DNA of 37,522 nt, taken from IMG/VR virus record IMGVR_UViG_3300029068_000003. The stretch is one strand, 5' to 3'. Under the pieces are notes generated by a model. That model searched no databases and was not told the origin of the DNA. It saw only the letters and a list, made by a program, of their open reading frames with translations. Made by a program: the position numbers and the translations under genes. The stretch comes from a virus. Lineage: Duplodnaviria; Heunggongvirae; Uroviricota; Caudoviricetes. Shown here one piece after another: positions 27,913-37,104 of this stretch; the stretch's first letter is position 1, and each line of letters opens with the position of its first letter.

Positions 27913-28517
27913 GCGTTAGTTTCTCCACAGTCACGACACGCCACGGCGCCCGGAGCTGCACACTCGCGGGCGTCATTACTTTCTGAAATGCAAAAGATTT
28001 TGTAGACCAGTGCTGCATGCTCCTGCAGCTTCGAAATTGAGAGATACAGCTCGTCGTTAATTGCTGTCTTCTCATGCGGTTCCACCACACCGTCTTCGAT
28101 TGCCGAACGAATCTGTCTGGAATAACTGCCAATCTGTTCAATGACTTCCAGCAGGCGCTGGTTAATATCGGCGTTGTCCACATCCTCGACGTCAGGAAGA
28201 GACACAAAGACGCCATTTGCAGACTGCGCCACAGCGTCAGCAATGAAGTGAGTTCCACCAGCACGTTGCAAAATCATTGCCCATCCCAGCGGGAAAATCT
28301 GATCGCCATCGGCACGAAGGCGGTTAAATAATGCGTTTTCTGTTACATCCAGCCAGTCAGCTGCTTCAGCGTAACCACCCGGCAACGCTGCGATAGTTTT
28401 TCTGACAGCTTTCACGTACCACTCAGGCTGTTTTTCTACTTTCCAGTGATGCTTACCCACGGTTAGCCTCATCGTTCTGTGGTTTCTGTTAATCGATTTA
28501 TCCATTAGATTTTTCAT
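27909..28517 (-). CDS. CII-like regulatory protein (CP76 family-like), start uncertain
   Basis: Segment ...[36 protein letters not shown]... resembles the CP76 CII-like family as recalled; ORF-track start is GTG at 28574 (overlaps cro by 77 nt); in-frame ATGs at 28517 and 28505. Confidence 0.4.
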   Translation of the reverse strand: MKNLMDKSINRNHRTMRLTVGKHHWKVEKQPEWYVKAVRKTIAALPGGYAEAADWLDVTENALFNRLRADGDQIFPLGWAMILQRAGGTHFIADAVAQSANGVFVSLPDVEDVDNADINQRLLEVIEQIGSYSRQIRSAIEDGVVEPHEKTAINDELYLSISKLQEHAALVYKIFCISESNDARECAAPGAVACRDCGETNA

Positions 28518-28698
28518 AAAGCTCAGGTTTAAATGGCAACCGTCCGCAAGTTCTATATGCAGCTTCTGCTGCACGTCCTTTTGGAATTAACTGGCCCGGA
28601 CGGTTTCGCCACTGATAAACGGCTTCAGTTGTTATGCCGAAAAAAGCAGCAACTTTCTCAATACTGCCGAAGTAGCTTTCGATATCGTCAGTTGTCAT
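28498..28698 (-). CDS. Cro-like repressor
   Basis: 66 aa HTH protein (...VAAFFGITTEAVYQWRN...), divergent from the cI-like gene, GGAGGG Shine-Dalgarno. Confidence 0.65.
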   Translation of the reverse strand: MTTDDIESYFGSIEKVAAFFGITTEAVYQWRNRPGQLIPKGRAAEAAYRTCGRLPFKPELYEKSNG

Positions 28699-28795
28699 AC
28701 GCCCTCCAAACTAAGTTTTATTAGATGCTAATTACAAATCTATCTTTGGTCAATAAAAACTAAGATTACTTAGCAATTCAAGAAATGGTGCTCCT
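28699..28795. promoter_or_regulatory. Immunity-region operator/promoter (OR, divergent cro and cI promoters)
   Basis: 97-bp AT-rich gap between divergent cro and cI; palindrome AAACTAAGTTT (28708-28718) and CTAAG-ATTA-CTTAG (28760-28773). Confidence 0.55.
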
Positions 28796-29422
28796 ATGGA
28801 AACGGTTGGTCAGCGTATAAAAGCTCTGAGAAGAGTTACCGGAACGTCCCAGAAAGAATTGGGTAAATTTTGTGGAGTAAGCGACGTTGCTGTGGGGTAC
28901 TGGGAGAAAGACATCAATACCCCTGGTGGGGAGGCACTTTCGAAATTAGCGAAGTTCTTCAATACGTCAATAGATTACATTCTTTATGGTGCTGAGTTTG
29001 AAGGCAAACTCGTCACAAACATGCGCAGAGTTCCTGTAATATCGTGGGTTCAGGCTGGGCAGTTTACTGAGTGCAGGGCAGCAGAAGTGTTTAGTGAAGT
29101 GGACAAGTGGGTAGATACATCATTAAAGATTGGTGATAACTCATTTGCATTAGAGGTTAAAGGTGACTCCATGACTAACCCTAATGGCCTCCCAACAATA
29201 CCAGAAGGCGCAACAGTGATTGTAGATCCAGATGCAGAACCTCGTCATGGAAAAATAGTCATCGCTCGACTTGATGGAACAAACGAAGCTACAGTAAAAA
29301 AATTAGTCATCGATGGCCCTCAAAAGTTTTTAGTGCCATTAAATCCTCGGTATCCCAACATCCCTATCAATGGTAATTGCCTTATCATTGGTGTAGTCAA
29401 AGGAGTTCAATACGAACTCTAA
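28796..29422 (+). CDS. CI-type repressor (XRE HTH + S24 LexA-like autopeptidase)
   Basis: 208 aa; N-terminal HTH (QKELGKFCGVSDVAVGYWEKD); C-terminal Ser/Lys dyad context (VKGDSM ... ATVKKLV). Confidence 0.8.
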   Translation: METVGQRIKALRRVTGTSQKELGKFCGVSDVAVGYWEKDINTPGGEALSKLAKFFNTSIDYILYGAEFEGKLVTNMRRVPVISWVQAGQFTECRAAEVFSEVDKWVDTSLKIGDNSFALEVKGDSMTNPNGLPTIPEGATVIVDPDAEPRHGKIVIARLDGTNEATVKKLVIDGPQKFLVPLNPRYPNIPINGNCLIIGVVKGVQYEL

Positions 29423-29669
29423 GACCTCTCTTCTCTAACTAAGGCACCGAACTAAGAAAAGTTTGGTGTTTTCTCTTGCCATAACAACTAAGTTAAGTTA
29501 GATTTTATATCAAAGATAACGAACAGGCAGGACGCCCACGAAGTAGCCGCCTGGGGCATATGAAGTCCAGGATGATTCGTTAGCAACAAAAAAGCGCCCT
29601 ACAGGACGCTTAGCTCTTTAACAATCTGGTCCCCATCAACAAGTAACTGATAACTTGAGGAGGTGTGAA
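29423..29669 (+). promoter_or_regulatory. Candidate OL/pL region
   Basis: Repeated ACTAAG half-sites, including the same AACTAAGTT palindrome (29486-29494) found in OR; GAGGAGG Shine-Dalgarno for the downstream ORF. Confidence 0.4.
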
Positions 29670-29876
29670 ATGCACAAAACAGAACCAAAAATCGTCGCGC
29701 CCGGATACACAAATGAGGAAATTTACGAGTGGATGGCAAAGAAGCTGGCAGCTATAAACCAGCTTCGTGAAGTGCTGTCTTATCGACAGGAAACAATAGA
29801 CTCCTTAAAAAAACTGGATCAGGAAATCACGGTTTTATCACAGGATGTTACTTTAGATATTGTGCAGACAAATTAG
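29670..29876 (+). CDS. Small early-left protein, function unknown
   Basis: ORF-track start is TTG at 29655; ATG at 29670 lies 6 nt after GAGGAGG; 68 aa. Confidence 0.45.
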   Translation: MHKTEPKIVAPGYTNEEIYEWMAKKLAAINQLREVLSYRQETIDSLKKLDQEITVLSQDVTLDIVQTN

Positions 29877-30282
29877 GATCCCATTCATTTTCGTCAAAAT
29901 CATCAAAGTGATGAATTTGTGATCTCCAGTCTCGATAATCTAAAAATTTCTGGGCGGTTACGCTTATTTTATCAAGTGTGAGTTCATCCTGAATTGAAAG
30001 AAGAAGTTCATCAAATTTCATCTCATTAATCTGTTTTGGCATCCAGTGATGCTTCATCAGAATAAGGTGAACCAGAGCCTTTTTCCCATTCAACTGATTA
30101 TAGGGAGTGCCGAATTTCTTCCGGTGCTCATGTAAGACAAGGTCCAGAAGAGTAAGTAATGTTGCCCTTGATTCAACTTTGCTTATTTCGACTGATGACA
30201 CTACCCCACTGATTTCAATGCCCCGATACTTTCCAACATTTTCACAGTGGGATTTGTACAGCGTATAGATATTACCGGACAT
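29848..30282 (-). CDS. Hypothetical protein encoded antisense to the early-left operon (moron candidate)
   Basis: 144 aa AT-rich ORF, ATG start, convergent with and overlapping the 3' end of 29670..29876; direct repeats upstream; no recognisable domain. Confidence 0.45.
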   Translation of the reverse strand: MSGNIYTLYKSHCENVGKYRGIEISGVVSSVEISKVESRATLLTLLDLVLHEHRKKFGTPYNQLNGKKALVHLILMKHHWMPKQINEMKFDELLLSIQDELTLDKISVTAQKFLDYRDWRSQIHHFDDFDENEWDPNLSAQYLK

Positions 30283-30297
30283 TTCTTTTCCTTTTGC

Positions 30298-30349
30298 GTT
30301 GTTGGGGATAACCAGATTAACCGAATCCTTGTTGTTGGGGAATAACCAG
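30298..30349. repeat. Direct repeat pair upstream of the antisense gene (candidate regulator binding sites)
   Basis: gttgttggggataaccag (30298-30315) and gttgttggggaataaccag (30331-30349). Confidence 0.5.
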
Positions 30350-30549
30350 GTCCACCTCGCCTGATGTGGCTAAAAGCAGGCACATAACAGCTAAGTATTT
30401 TCAACCAGAGAGAATTCTTAGCGTTGTGGTGAATGCGGCTCAGCGCACGCGGGTTAAGGTTGAGGCTGACAGTCGACCTTCTGTGGATACCCACCCGCCT
30501 GGTGTGCAACCTTCGCCAGGCACCGGGAGGCACCCGGCACCACAACTTT

Positions 30550-30613
30550 ATGCTGTGTGTAGTCTTGGCGGTACCAGTTTGTACTCTTGCTTCCGGCTGG
30601 TACCGTCCTTTTT
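30550..30613 (+). ncRNA. Candidate small RNA with intrinsic terminator (possible DicF-like sRNA)
   Basis: 9-bp stem cggtaccag/ctggtaccg (30569-30577 / 30597-30605) followed by tcc + TTTTT (30609-30613); 5' arm uggcgguaccaguuuguacuc resembles the DicF seed region as recalled from memory only. Confidence 0.3.
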
Positions 30614-30702
30614 ACAAAACAGAGAAGAGCATCACCGGACGACGGGCTCATAACCCAATCCATCCGGGCGGCTGCCACCGCAGGTGTTCTTCTCTGTTTT
30701 GT
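30614..30702. repeat. Long inverted repeat (15-bp arms, 59-nt spacer) upstream of the YfdP-like gene
   Basis: acaaaacagagaaga (30614-30628) and tcttctctgttttgt (30688-30702) are exact reverse complements. Confidence 0.55.
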
Positions 30703-30750
30703 GGAGAAACTAATCGGCCTTGCAGGGTCGATATGATGAGGAGCAGCAAA

Positions 30751-31113
30751 ATGGCTAGCGAACGCAGTACTGATGTGCAGGCATTTATCGGGGAGCTGGA
30801 CGGCGGCGTATTTGAAACCAAAATCGGCGCAGTTCTCAGTGAAGTCGCTTCCGGTGTGATGAACACGAAAACCAAAGGGAAGGTCTCACTCAATCTGGAA
30901 ATCGAACCGTTTGATGAGAACCGTGTGAAAATCAAACACAAACTCTCATATGTTCGCCCAACTAACCGCGGGAAAATTTCCGAAGAAGACACCACCGAAA
31001 CGCCGATGTATGTCAATCGCGGTGGTCGCCTGACTATTCTGCAGGAAGACCAGGGACAATTACTGACTCTTGCCGGTGAACCTGACGGAAAACTCCGCGC
31101 AGCAGGTCGTTAA
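30751..31113 (+). CDS. YfdP-like prophage protein
   Basis: 120 aa from ATG 30751 (GAGGAG 7 nt upstream); the longer track ORF from 30433 runs through the structured region and is unlikely. Confidence 0.45.
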   Translation: MASERSTDVQAFIGELDGGVFETKIGAVLSEVASGVMNTKTKGKVSLNLEIEPFDENRVKIKHKLSYVRPTNRGKISEEDTTETPMYVNRGGRLTILQEDQGQLLTLAGEPDGKLRAAGR

Positions 31114-31178
31114 TATCGTTCTTAATAAACTAATTATTTACCTCATCACTGAATATCTTTATATAGTGAGGACTTATT

Positions 31179-32003
31179 ATGTCTCAGAACTTAGACGCAA
31201 CCGCAATTAATCAAATCCATGCCCTTATTTCTGCTCAGGGTGTTAATGAAATTATCAGTAAGATTGGTGCCGACGCAGTGGCATTACCTGAGAATTTCCG
31301 CATTCATGATCTGGAAAAATTTAATTTAAATCGCTTCCGTTTCCGTGGTGCGCTTTCCACTGCCAGCATCGATGACTTTACCTGTTATTCTAAAGATCTT
31401 GCAGATGAAGGCACCCGCTGCTTTATCGATGCTGATAATATGCGTGCCGTCAGTGTTCTTAACCTGGGTACTATTGATGAACCAGGTCACGCCGATAACA
31501 CCGCCACTCTCAAACTGAAAAAGACAGCACCGTTCTCTGCTCTGTTGTCTGTTAATGGCGAGCGTAATTCCCAGAAGTCACTGGCAGAATGGATTGAAGA
31601 CTGGGCCGACTACCTTGTGGGCTTTGATGCTAATGGTGACGCTATTCAGGCAACAAAAGCGGCTGCGGCTGTCCGTAAAATCACGATTGAAGCAAACCAG
31701 ACCGCTGATTTTGAAGATAATGACTTCAGCGGCAAACGCTCCCTGATGGAGTCTGTCGAAGCGAAGACCAAAGACATTATGCCAGTGGCATTTGAATTTA
31801 AATGCGTTCCGTTTGAAGGCCTGAAAGAACGTCCATTTAAATTACGCCTCAGCATTATCACTGGCGATCGTCCTGTACTGGTTCTGCGCATTATTCAGCT
31901 GGAAGCAGTGCAGGAAGAAATGGCTAACGAATTTCGTGATCTGCTTGTTGAGAAATTCAAGGACAGCAAAGTAGAAACCTTTATTGGTACTTTCACCGCC
32001 TGA
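31179..32003 (+). CDS. DUF2303 / YfdQ-like prophage protein
   Basis: 274 aa, ATG start with TGAGGA Shine-Dalgarno; size and neighbours match the CPS-53 YfdP-YfdQ-YfdR block as recalled. Confidence 0.55.
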   Translation: MSQNLDATAINQIHALISAQGVNEIISKIGADAVALPENFRIHDLEKFNLNRFRFRGALSTASIDDFTCYSKDLADEGTRCFIDADNMRAVSVLNLGTIDEPGHADNTATLKLKKTAPFSALLSVNGERNSQKSLAEWIEDWADYLVGFDANGDAIQATKAAAAVRKITIEANQTADFEDNDFSGKRSLMESVEAKTKDIMPVAFEFKCVPFEGLKERPFKLRLSIITGDRPVLVLRIIQLEAVQEEMANEFRDLLVEKFKDSKVETFIGTFTA

Positions 32004-32131
32004 TTTCATTACTGCAAATGCCCCTGCGGGGGCATTTATGGAAACGTAATTGACTCAATAATCGCCTGATGGCGAGGGTTTTCTTTAACCCAAATTCAGC
32101 GCGGTGCAGCGCATATAACGAGGAGAACAAA

Positions 32132-32668
32132 ATGTCATTTATTAAAACTTTTTCTGGGAAGCATTTTTATTATGACAGGATAAATAAAGACGACATCGAT
32201 ATTAACGATATCGCGGTTTCCCTTTCAAATATCTGTCGCTTTGCCGGTCATCTTTCGCACTTCTACAGCGTCGCCCAACATGCGGTGCTTTGCAGCCAGC
32301 TGGTACCGCAGGAATTTGCTTTTGAAGCGTTAATGCATGATGCAACAGAAGCGTATTGCCAGGACATCCCCGCACCACTGAAACGCCTTCTTCCTGACTA
32401 TAAACGGATGGAAGAAAAAATAGACACCATAATCCGTGAGAAATACGGGTTACCCCCGGTTATGAGCACGCCTGTGAAATATGCCGATCTCATCATGCTG
32501 GCAACCGAACGCCGCGATCTCGGGCTTGATGATGGCTCTTTCTGGCCTGTACTGGAAGGTATCCAGGCAACAGAGATGTTCAACGTGATTCCACTGGCAC
32601 CGGGCCATGCCTACGGGATGTTTATGGAACGTTTTAAAGAGCTGCATAAGATGCATAAGCAATCCTAA
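32132..32668 (+). CDS. HD-domain phosphohydrolase (YfdR-like 5'-deoxynucleotidase)
   Basis: 178 aa from ATG 32132 (AGGAG 6 nt upstream); His/Asp-containing segment (AGHLSHFYSVAQHAVLCSQ...ALMHDATEAYCQDIP) consistent with an HD domain; the track start at 32069 lacks an SD. Confidence 0.6.
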   Translation: MSFIKTFSGKHFYYDRINKDDIDINDIAVSLSNICRFAGHLSHFYSVAQHAVLCSQLVPQEFAFEALMHDATEAYCQDIPAPLKRLLPDYKRMEEKIDTIIREKYGLPPVMSTPVKYADLIMLATERRDLGLDDGSFWPVLEGIQATEMFNVIPLAPGHAYGMFMERFKELHKMHKQS

Positions 32669-32722
32669 CTGCGAAATTAACTAGTGAAATAGTTTTGTAG
32701 CAAAAGAAATGAGGTTATCAAA

Positions 32723-32968
32723 ATGCTTCAAATGCTGACACTTGAGGAATGGGCTGCGGAAAAATTTAGGAGTAACCCTCCAAGTGTGTCCACATTGCGT
32801 CGTTATGCTAAGCAGAATTTATTTTGTCCACCGGCAATGAAACAAGGTCGACTATGGCGAGTACGTGAGGACGCAGAGTTAGTTGGAGAATTAGTTACTC
32901 CTGTCATTAAGAAAAGTGATTCTATTATTCTACAAAGGATTTTAAGTAATGGCAGCCAGACCACGTAA
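32723..32968 (+). CDS. Excisionase (Xis)
   Basis: 81 aa ORF immediately upstream of and overlapping int; GAGGT Shine-Dalgarno. Confidence 0.6.
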   Translation: MLQMLTLEEWAAEKFRSNPPSVSTLRRYAKQNLFCPPAMKQGRLWRVREDAELVGELVTPVIKKSDSIILQRILSNGSQTT

Positions 32969-34076
32969 GAATAATGTTTCAGTCCCGAACTTGTATCCGC
33001 TCTATAGCAGAAAAGTAAATAAAGTTTATTGGCGATATAAGCATCCAGTGACCGGGAAGTTTCATTCTTTGGGCACAAACGAAGCTGAAGCCATTGCTAT
33101 TGCCACTGAGGCCAATACACGCCTAGCTGAGCAAAGAACCCGGCAGATTCTAGCTATCAGTGACAGGATCGCAACCAGCAAAGGAAAAGCAATCACAACG
33201 TCAACCTGGTTAGATCGCTATCAAGCAATCCAGGAAGACAGACTGAAAAGTGGCGATATAAAGCTCAACACTTATAAACAGAAAGCCAAACCAGTATCCT
33301 TGCTCAGGGAACGAGCAGGACTGAAGTTGATATCAGCCGTTGATGTCAGAGATATAGCACAATTACTTGATGAGTATATCTCTGCTGGACAGCCTAGAAT
33401 GGCCCAGGTCGTAAGGTCTGTATTGATCGATGTGTTTAAAGAAGCACAGCATTACGGCGAAGTTCCACCAGGGTATAACCCTGCTCTTGCAACGAAGCAA
33501 CCCAGAAGAAAAATTACCCGACAACGGTTAAGTCTTGAAGAATGGCAAAAAATTTTTGATATCGCAGATGCCAGTCATCGTTATATGGGGAATGCCATGC
33601 TGTTAGCACTGGTTACTGGCCAGAGGTTAGGTGATATCTCGCGTATGAAATTTAGTGATATTTGGGATGATCATCTCCATGTTATTCAGGAAAAGACCGG
33701 GAGCAAAATCGCAATCCCGCTTTCCCTTCGTCTCAACGCGATTAGCTGGAGTTTACGCGATGTAGTAGTCCGCTGCCGTGATTATGCAGTCAGTCCATAC
33801 TTAGTGCATTTTTTCCGTTCAACCTCACAGGCAAAACGTGGTGCACAGGTTAAATCCAATACATTGACGATGAATTTTAGTAAAGCACGGGATTTAGCAG
33901 GGATTGACTGGGGGGATGGCTCACCTGCCACATTCCATGAGCAAAGGTCTTTATCTGAACGCCTGTACAAAGAACAAGGGATAGATACTAGGAAGCTACT
34001 TGGGCATAAAACACAACAGCAAACTGATCGTTATGATGATGATCGTGGGAAAAACTGGATGAAGATAACATGTTAA
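32949..34076 (+). CDS. Tyrosine integrase (lambda Int family)
   Basis: 375 aa; C-terminal catalytic region with ...HEQRSLSERLYKEQGIDTRKLLGHKTQQQTDRYDD...; next to the xis-like gene and the attachment-site side of the prophage. Confidence 0.85.
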   Translation: MAARPRKNNVSVPNLYPLYSRKVNKVYWRYKHPVTGKFHSLGTNEAEAIAIATEANTRLAEQRTRQILAISDRIATSKGKAITTSTWLDRYQAIQEDRLKSGDIKLNTYKQKAKPVSLLRERAGLKLISAVDVRDIAQLLDEYISAGQPRMAQVVRSVLIDVFKEAQHYGEVPPGYNPALATKQPRRKITRQRLSLEEWQKIFDIADASHRYMGNAMLLALVTGQRLGDISRMKFSDIWDDHLHVIQEKTGSKIAIPLSLRLNAISWSLRDVVVRCRDYAVSPYLVHFFRSTSQAKRGAQVKSNTLTMNFSKARDLAGIDWGDGSPATFHEQRSLSERLYKEQGIDTRKLLGHKTQQQTDRYDDDRGKNWMKITC

Positions 34077-34394
34077 AATTGTGGGAATGAGCAAATATTA
34101 GTTACGCATGTAAAAAGCACACAATGTAATTAATAAGTCTACTTAGTATAATGATTGGATGTTTTTTTCATAATTGACATTAATTACCCCACAAATTGCA
34201 GAGTTAATGCCGAATCAATGTAGAGTATAAAAACAATATTTTTATAGATTTACTGTTTCATCAGTAAACCATTCCCTTGGTGAAAGCCTAGTATCGTACT
34301 TTTATCACATTTTATTTCATCGACTCTCGTAAATAATTTGTTATATGCCATAATGCCTCCTTAACAAAAAAACCACAACCTCATGGAGAGTTTC

Positions 34395-36722
34395 ATGGCA
34401 TTTAACCTTACCCGTATGACAGTTTATGCTCTTCTTTGCGCTTTAGAGGAAGACCTCCGTTCAATAGTTGTAAGTTACATCTTGAAGCCAGAAGATAAAG
34501 AAATAAAACTACCAAACGAACTTTTAGAAAAAGCTAAAAGAAGACTAGAAAAAGACCTCGGCACTGTGATGGATGGTATAGAATCAATTGATTTAATAGA
34601 ATATTTTGACCTTGGAGATACTTACCAAATCATAAATTCCAATGGAAAGGAAATTCCCGATCACATATATAAATTCATAAAATCCATTACCAAAGATTTG
34701 GACTCTCTCGTTCTAATAAGAAACAGAGTTATGCATATTCGACCATTAGACGTAGAAGATTACCCTACGCTTGCATCTATTTGCGAAAAGATAATAAAAT
34801 CCGAAACAAACTGTTGGTCTAACCTTACAGAAATATCCCAAAAAATAAATAACAACCCCAGCTTCTTGTTATCGATGGAAATTAAAAATTATGATGAAGA
34901 AAAGCAAAATCATAATTTACCCCTCCCTGATTTTGATGAAACAGGATTGATAGGAAGACAAAGTCATGTCCAAAAAGTAAAACAACTTTGCTATGGAGCG
35001 TTCCCTGTCATTTCCATAGTTGGAGAAGGTGGCGTAGGAAAAACTGCGCTGGCACTTAAAGTTGCTTATGAAATACTCGAGGATGAAGATAATCCTTTTG
35101 ATGCAATTGTTTGGGTTTCATCAAAAACCACACAAATAACTGTAAATGAAATAAAAGAAATCAAAGACGCTATATCCGACTCCATAGGGGTTATACAGGA
35201 AATATCAAATCAAATAATTGGAACGAGTGTAAAACAATCGAATTTTGAAGAGATAATCGAATATCTTACGACATTTAAAATCGCTCTTTTCATTGATAAT
35301 CTCGAGACAATCCTTGATGATAACATACGCGAATTTGTTGGTGCTTTACCTCAAGGAAGTAAAATAATAATAACATCAAGAATCGGATTGGGTGCATTTG
35401 AGTATCCAGTGAGATTGCAAGGTATCGATGAATCATATGCTTCACAATTAATGAGAATATTGGCAAAAATAAGAGGTGTTGACTCCTTAGAGAAAATAGA
35501 AGAAAAAATAATGAGGAGTTATGTCAATCGTATGTCGCGTAACCCAAGTTACATTAAGTGGTTCGTAAGTTCGGTTCAAACGGGATTGAGCCCTGAAGCA
35601 GTTCTTCAAAATTCAAATATGTTTCTTGATTTTTGCATGTCAAATGTTTATGAGTATTTATCTACAAATGCCAGGACACTTACTGCAGCCCTACAGTGTG
35701 CTCCCGGTTTAAAAGACGTACCTGAGCTATCTTATTTAACTGGATTTGACTCCCTTCAAACTCATCAATCCATTCAAGAATTGATGGCTACAAATATGTT
35801 GTCACAATCATCTAAAACGAAAGGTGCAAGTGTTAAAACCACTTACCAATTATCTGAATTAGCAAGGTTATATTTAGGCAAGAATCATAAACCGACCCAG
35901 ACTTATCAAAAAAGCATTCATGAAAAGCGGAACAAATTAAATGCACTTTTTGAAAAACAGCTGATGTCGAGAAGTGAAGATAAATATAATCCTCTGAATA
36001 TAAAATTCAGGGATAAATCTGATCGAGTTATTGTGAAAATGCTTAGAGACTCTCAGTCATTTATAAGAAATGGTCATCACGATAAAGCATTTGAATTACT
36101 CACTGAATCACACAAATTATCCCCAGACTATTTTGAAGTTGCTCGCGTGATGGCCTACTTACATCAACAGAATGGTGCAATTAGTGATGCCCGTGAGCAA
36201 TACGAATTGGCTATTGTATTATCACCTGACACACCTCAATTACACTACTGGTTCGCAAAATTCTTACTGCGTGAAGAGGATAATGTCGATGACGCTTTAA
36301 CTCAAATACAGCTAGCACATAATTTAGACCCCACATCTATTGAAGTATCTCTATCTTTGTCAAGAGTCTATATGTTCCAACATAGATTTGATGAGGCTGA
36401 AAATGTTCTTTCACTCATAGAATTAGATATTAAAAACTCTAGTGAACATAATATAAAAATATTTAAAGATACACACATTCAAATATCTTACCGGAGAGCT
36501 GATAATTTAGCTCAAAAAGGTGAGTATTCTGAAGCAATGTCATATCTAGAGAAAATGCTTGAGCAATTTGAGGAACTACCCGATTATTACAAAGATGTGC
36601 ATATTAGAAAAAAATTATCGAAATGCGAATTTCTATTGAAGACAATTTCTCGTAGTGCAGATCAATTAATCCTTCACAGAGCTGATAATTTTAGAGAATG
36701 GCTACAAAAAGAATGTGCTTAA
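34395..36722 (+). CDS. HEPN - P-loop NTPase (STAND/NB-ARC-like) - TPR-like repeat protein; candidate antiviral STAND (Avs-like) or abortive-infection effector
   Basis: N-terminal RNxxxH HEPN motif (LVLIRNRVMHIRP); Walker A GEGGVGKTALA; Walker B-like IALFIDNLE; helical repeat C-terminus; AT-rich; own terminator; start taken at ATG 34395 (GGAGAG upstream) rather than 34383. Confidence 0.65.
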   Translation: MAFNLTRMTVYALLCALEEDLRSIVVSYILKPEDKEIKLPNELLEKAKRRLEKDLGTVMDGIESIDLIEYFDLGDTYQIINSNGKEIPDHIYKFIKSITKDLDSLVLIRNRVMHIRPLDVEDYPTLASICEKIIKSETNCWSNLTEISQKINNNPSFLLSMEIKNYDEEKQNHNLPLPDFDETGLIGRQSHVQKVKQLCYGAFPVISIVGEGGVGKTALALKVAYEILEDEDNPFDAIVWVSSKTTQITVNEIKEIKDAISDSIGVIQEISNQIIGTSVKQSNFEEIIEYLTTFKIALFIDNLETILDDNIREFVGALPQGSKIIITSRIGLGAFEYPVRLQGIDESYASQLMRILAKIRGVDSLEKIEEKIMRSYVNRMSRNPSYIKWFVSSVQTGLSPEAVLQNSNMFLDFCMSNVYEYLSTNARTLTAALQCAPGLKDVPELSYLTGFDSLQTHQSIQELMATNMLSQSSKTKGASVKTTYQLSELARLYLGKNHKPTQTYQKSIHEKRNKLNALFEKQLMSRSEDKYNPLNIKFRDKSDRVIVKMLRDSQSFIRNGHHDKAFELLTESHKLSPDYFEVARVMAYLHQQNGAISDAREQYELAIVLSPDTPQLHYWFAKFLLREEDNVDDALTQIQLAHNLDPTSIEVSLSLSRVYMFQHRFDEAENVLSLIELDIKNSSEHNIKIFKDTHIQISYRRADNLAQKGEYSEAMSYLEKMLEQFEELPDYYKDVHIRKKLSKCEFLLKTISRSADQLILHRADNFREWLQKECA

Positions 36723-36750
36723 TTTTATTTTCATAAAACCAAATACTAAA

Positions 36751-36779
36751 GCAAGCCCTTTATTAGGGTTTGCTTTTAT
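36751..36779 (+). terminator. Intrinsic terminator after the HEPN-NTPase gene
   Basis: Stem gcaagccct/agggtttgc (36751-36759 / 36765-36773, one G-U pair) followed by TTTTAT. Confidence 0.5.
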
Positions 36780-37073
36780 AGCTATCGAACAATAATCCTG
36801 ATTATATCCATACAGTACAATCCACCTCATTTTCTGATATTTATTTATGTGTAAATTACTATAATTTTATAACCATAGTATAGCTGAATAAGAATTTACA
36901 AAATCAACAGCACAGCTCTGACTAAACAACCAACTTTTGTAGATATTATAACATAAGGTCTCTATCGTTATATGGTTCAACCTAGAACCGCTCGGTAGCC
37001 TCTTGACTCACCAAACCTCCAAGGGGTTTTGATAACTTATTTTGATAAAATTTTGATAACCGTTAGCAACCTA

Positions 37074-37104
37074 ACAAAAAACAGCGGGAGCGTTACACTC
37101 CCGT
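37074..37104 (-). terminator. Intrinsic terminator of icd
   Basis: Stem cgggag/ctcccg (37085-37090 / 37098-37103) followed by a T-run on the minus strand (plus 37075-37081 A-run), about 25 nt downstream of the icd stop. Confidence 0.6.

Noticed and set aside
28518-28574. GTG start at 28574 for the CII-like gene
   Set aside because: Would overlap the cro coding region by 77 nt and the putative SD is too close to the start; downstream ATGs preferred, though this remains uncertain
30421-30730. Retron msr/msd hypothesis for the structured region
   Set aside because: Long inverted repeats resemble msd stems, but there is no reverse transcriptase gene nearby
30433-31113. 226 aa extended ORF upstream of the YfdP-like gene
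   Set aside because: The N-terminal extension runs through the hairpin-rich region and a terminator; a Shine-Dalgarno precedes the internal ATG at 30751, so only 30751..31113 was annotated
32069-32131. N-terminal extension of the HD-domain gene from the track ATG at 32069
   Set aside because: No Shine-Dalgarno at 32069; a strong AGGAG precedes the ATG at 32132
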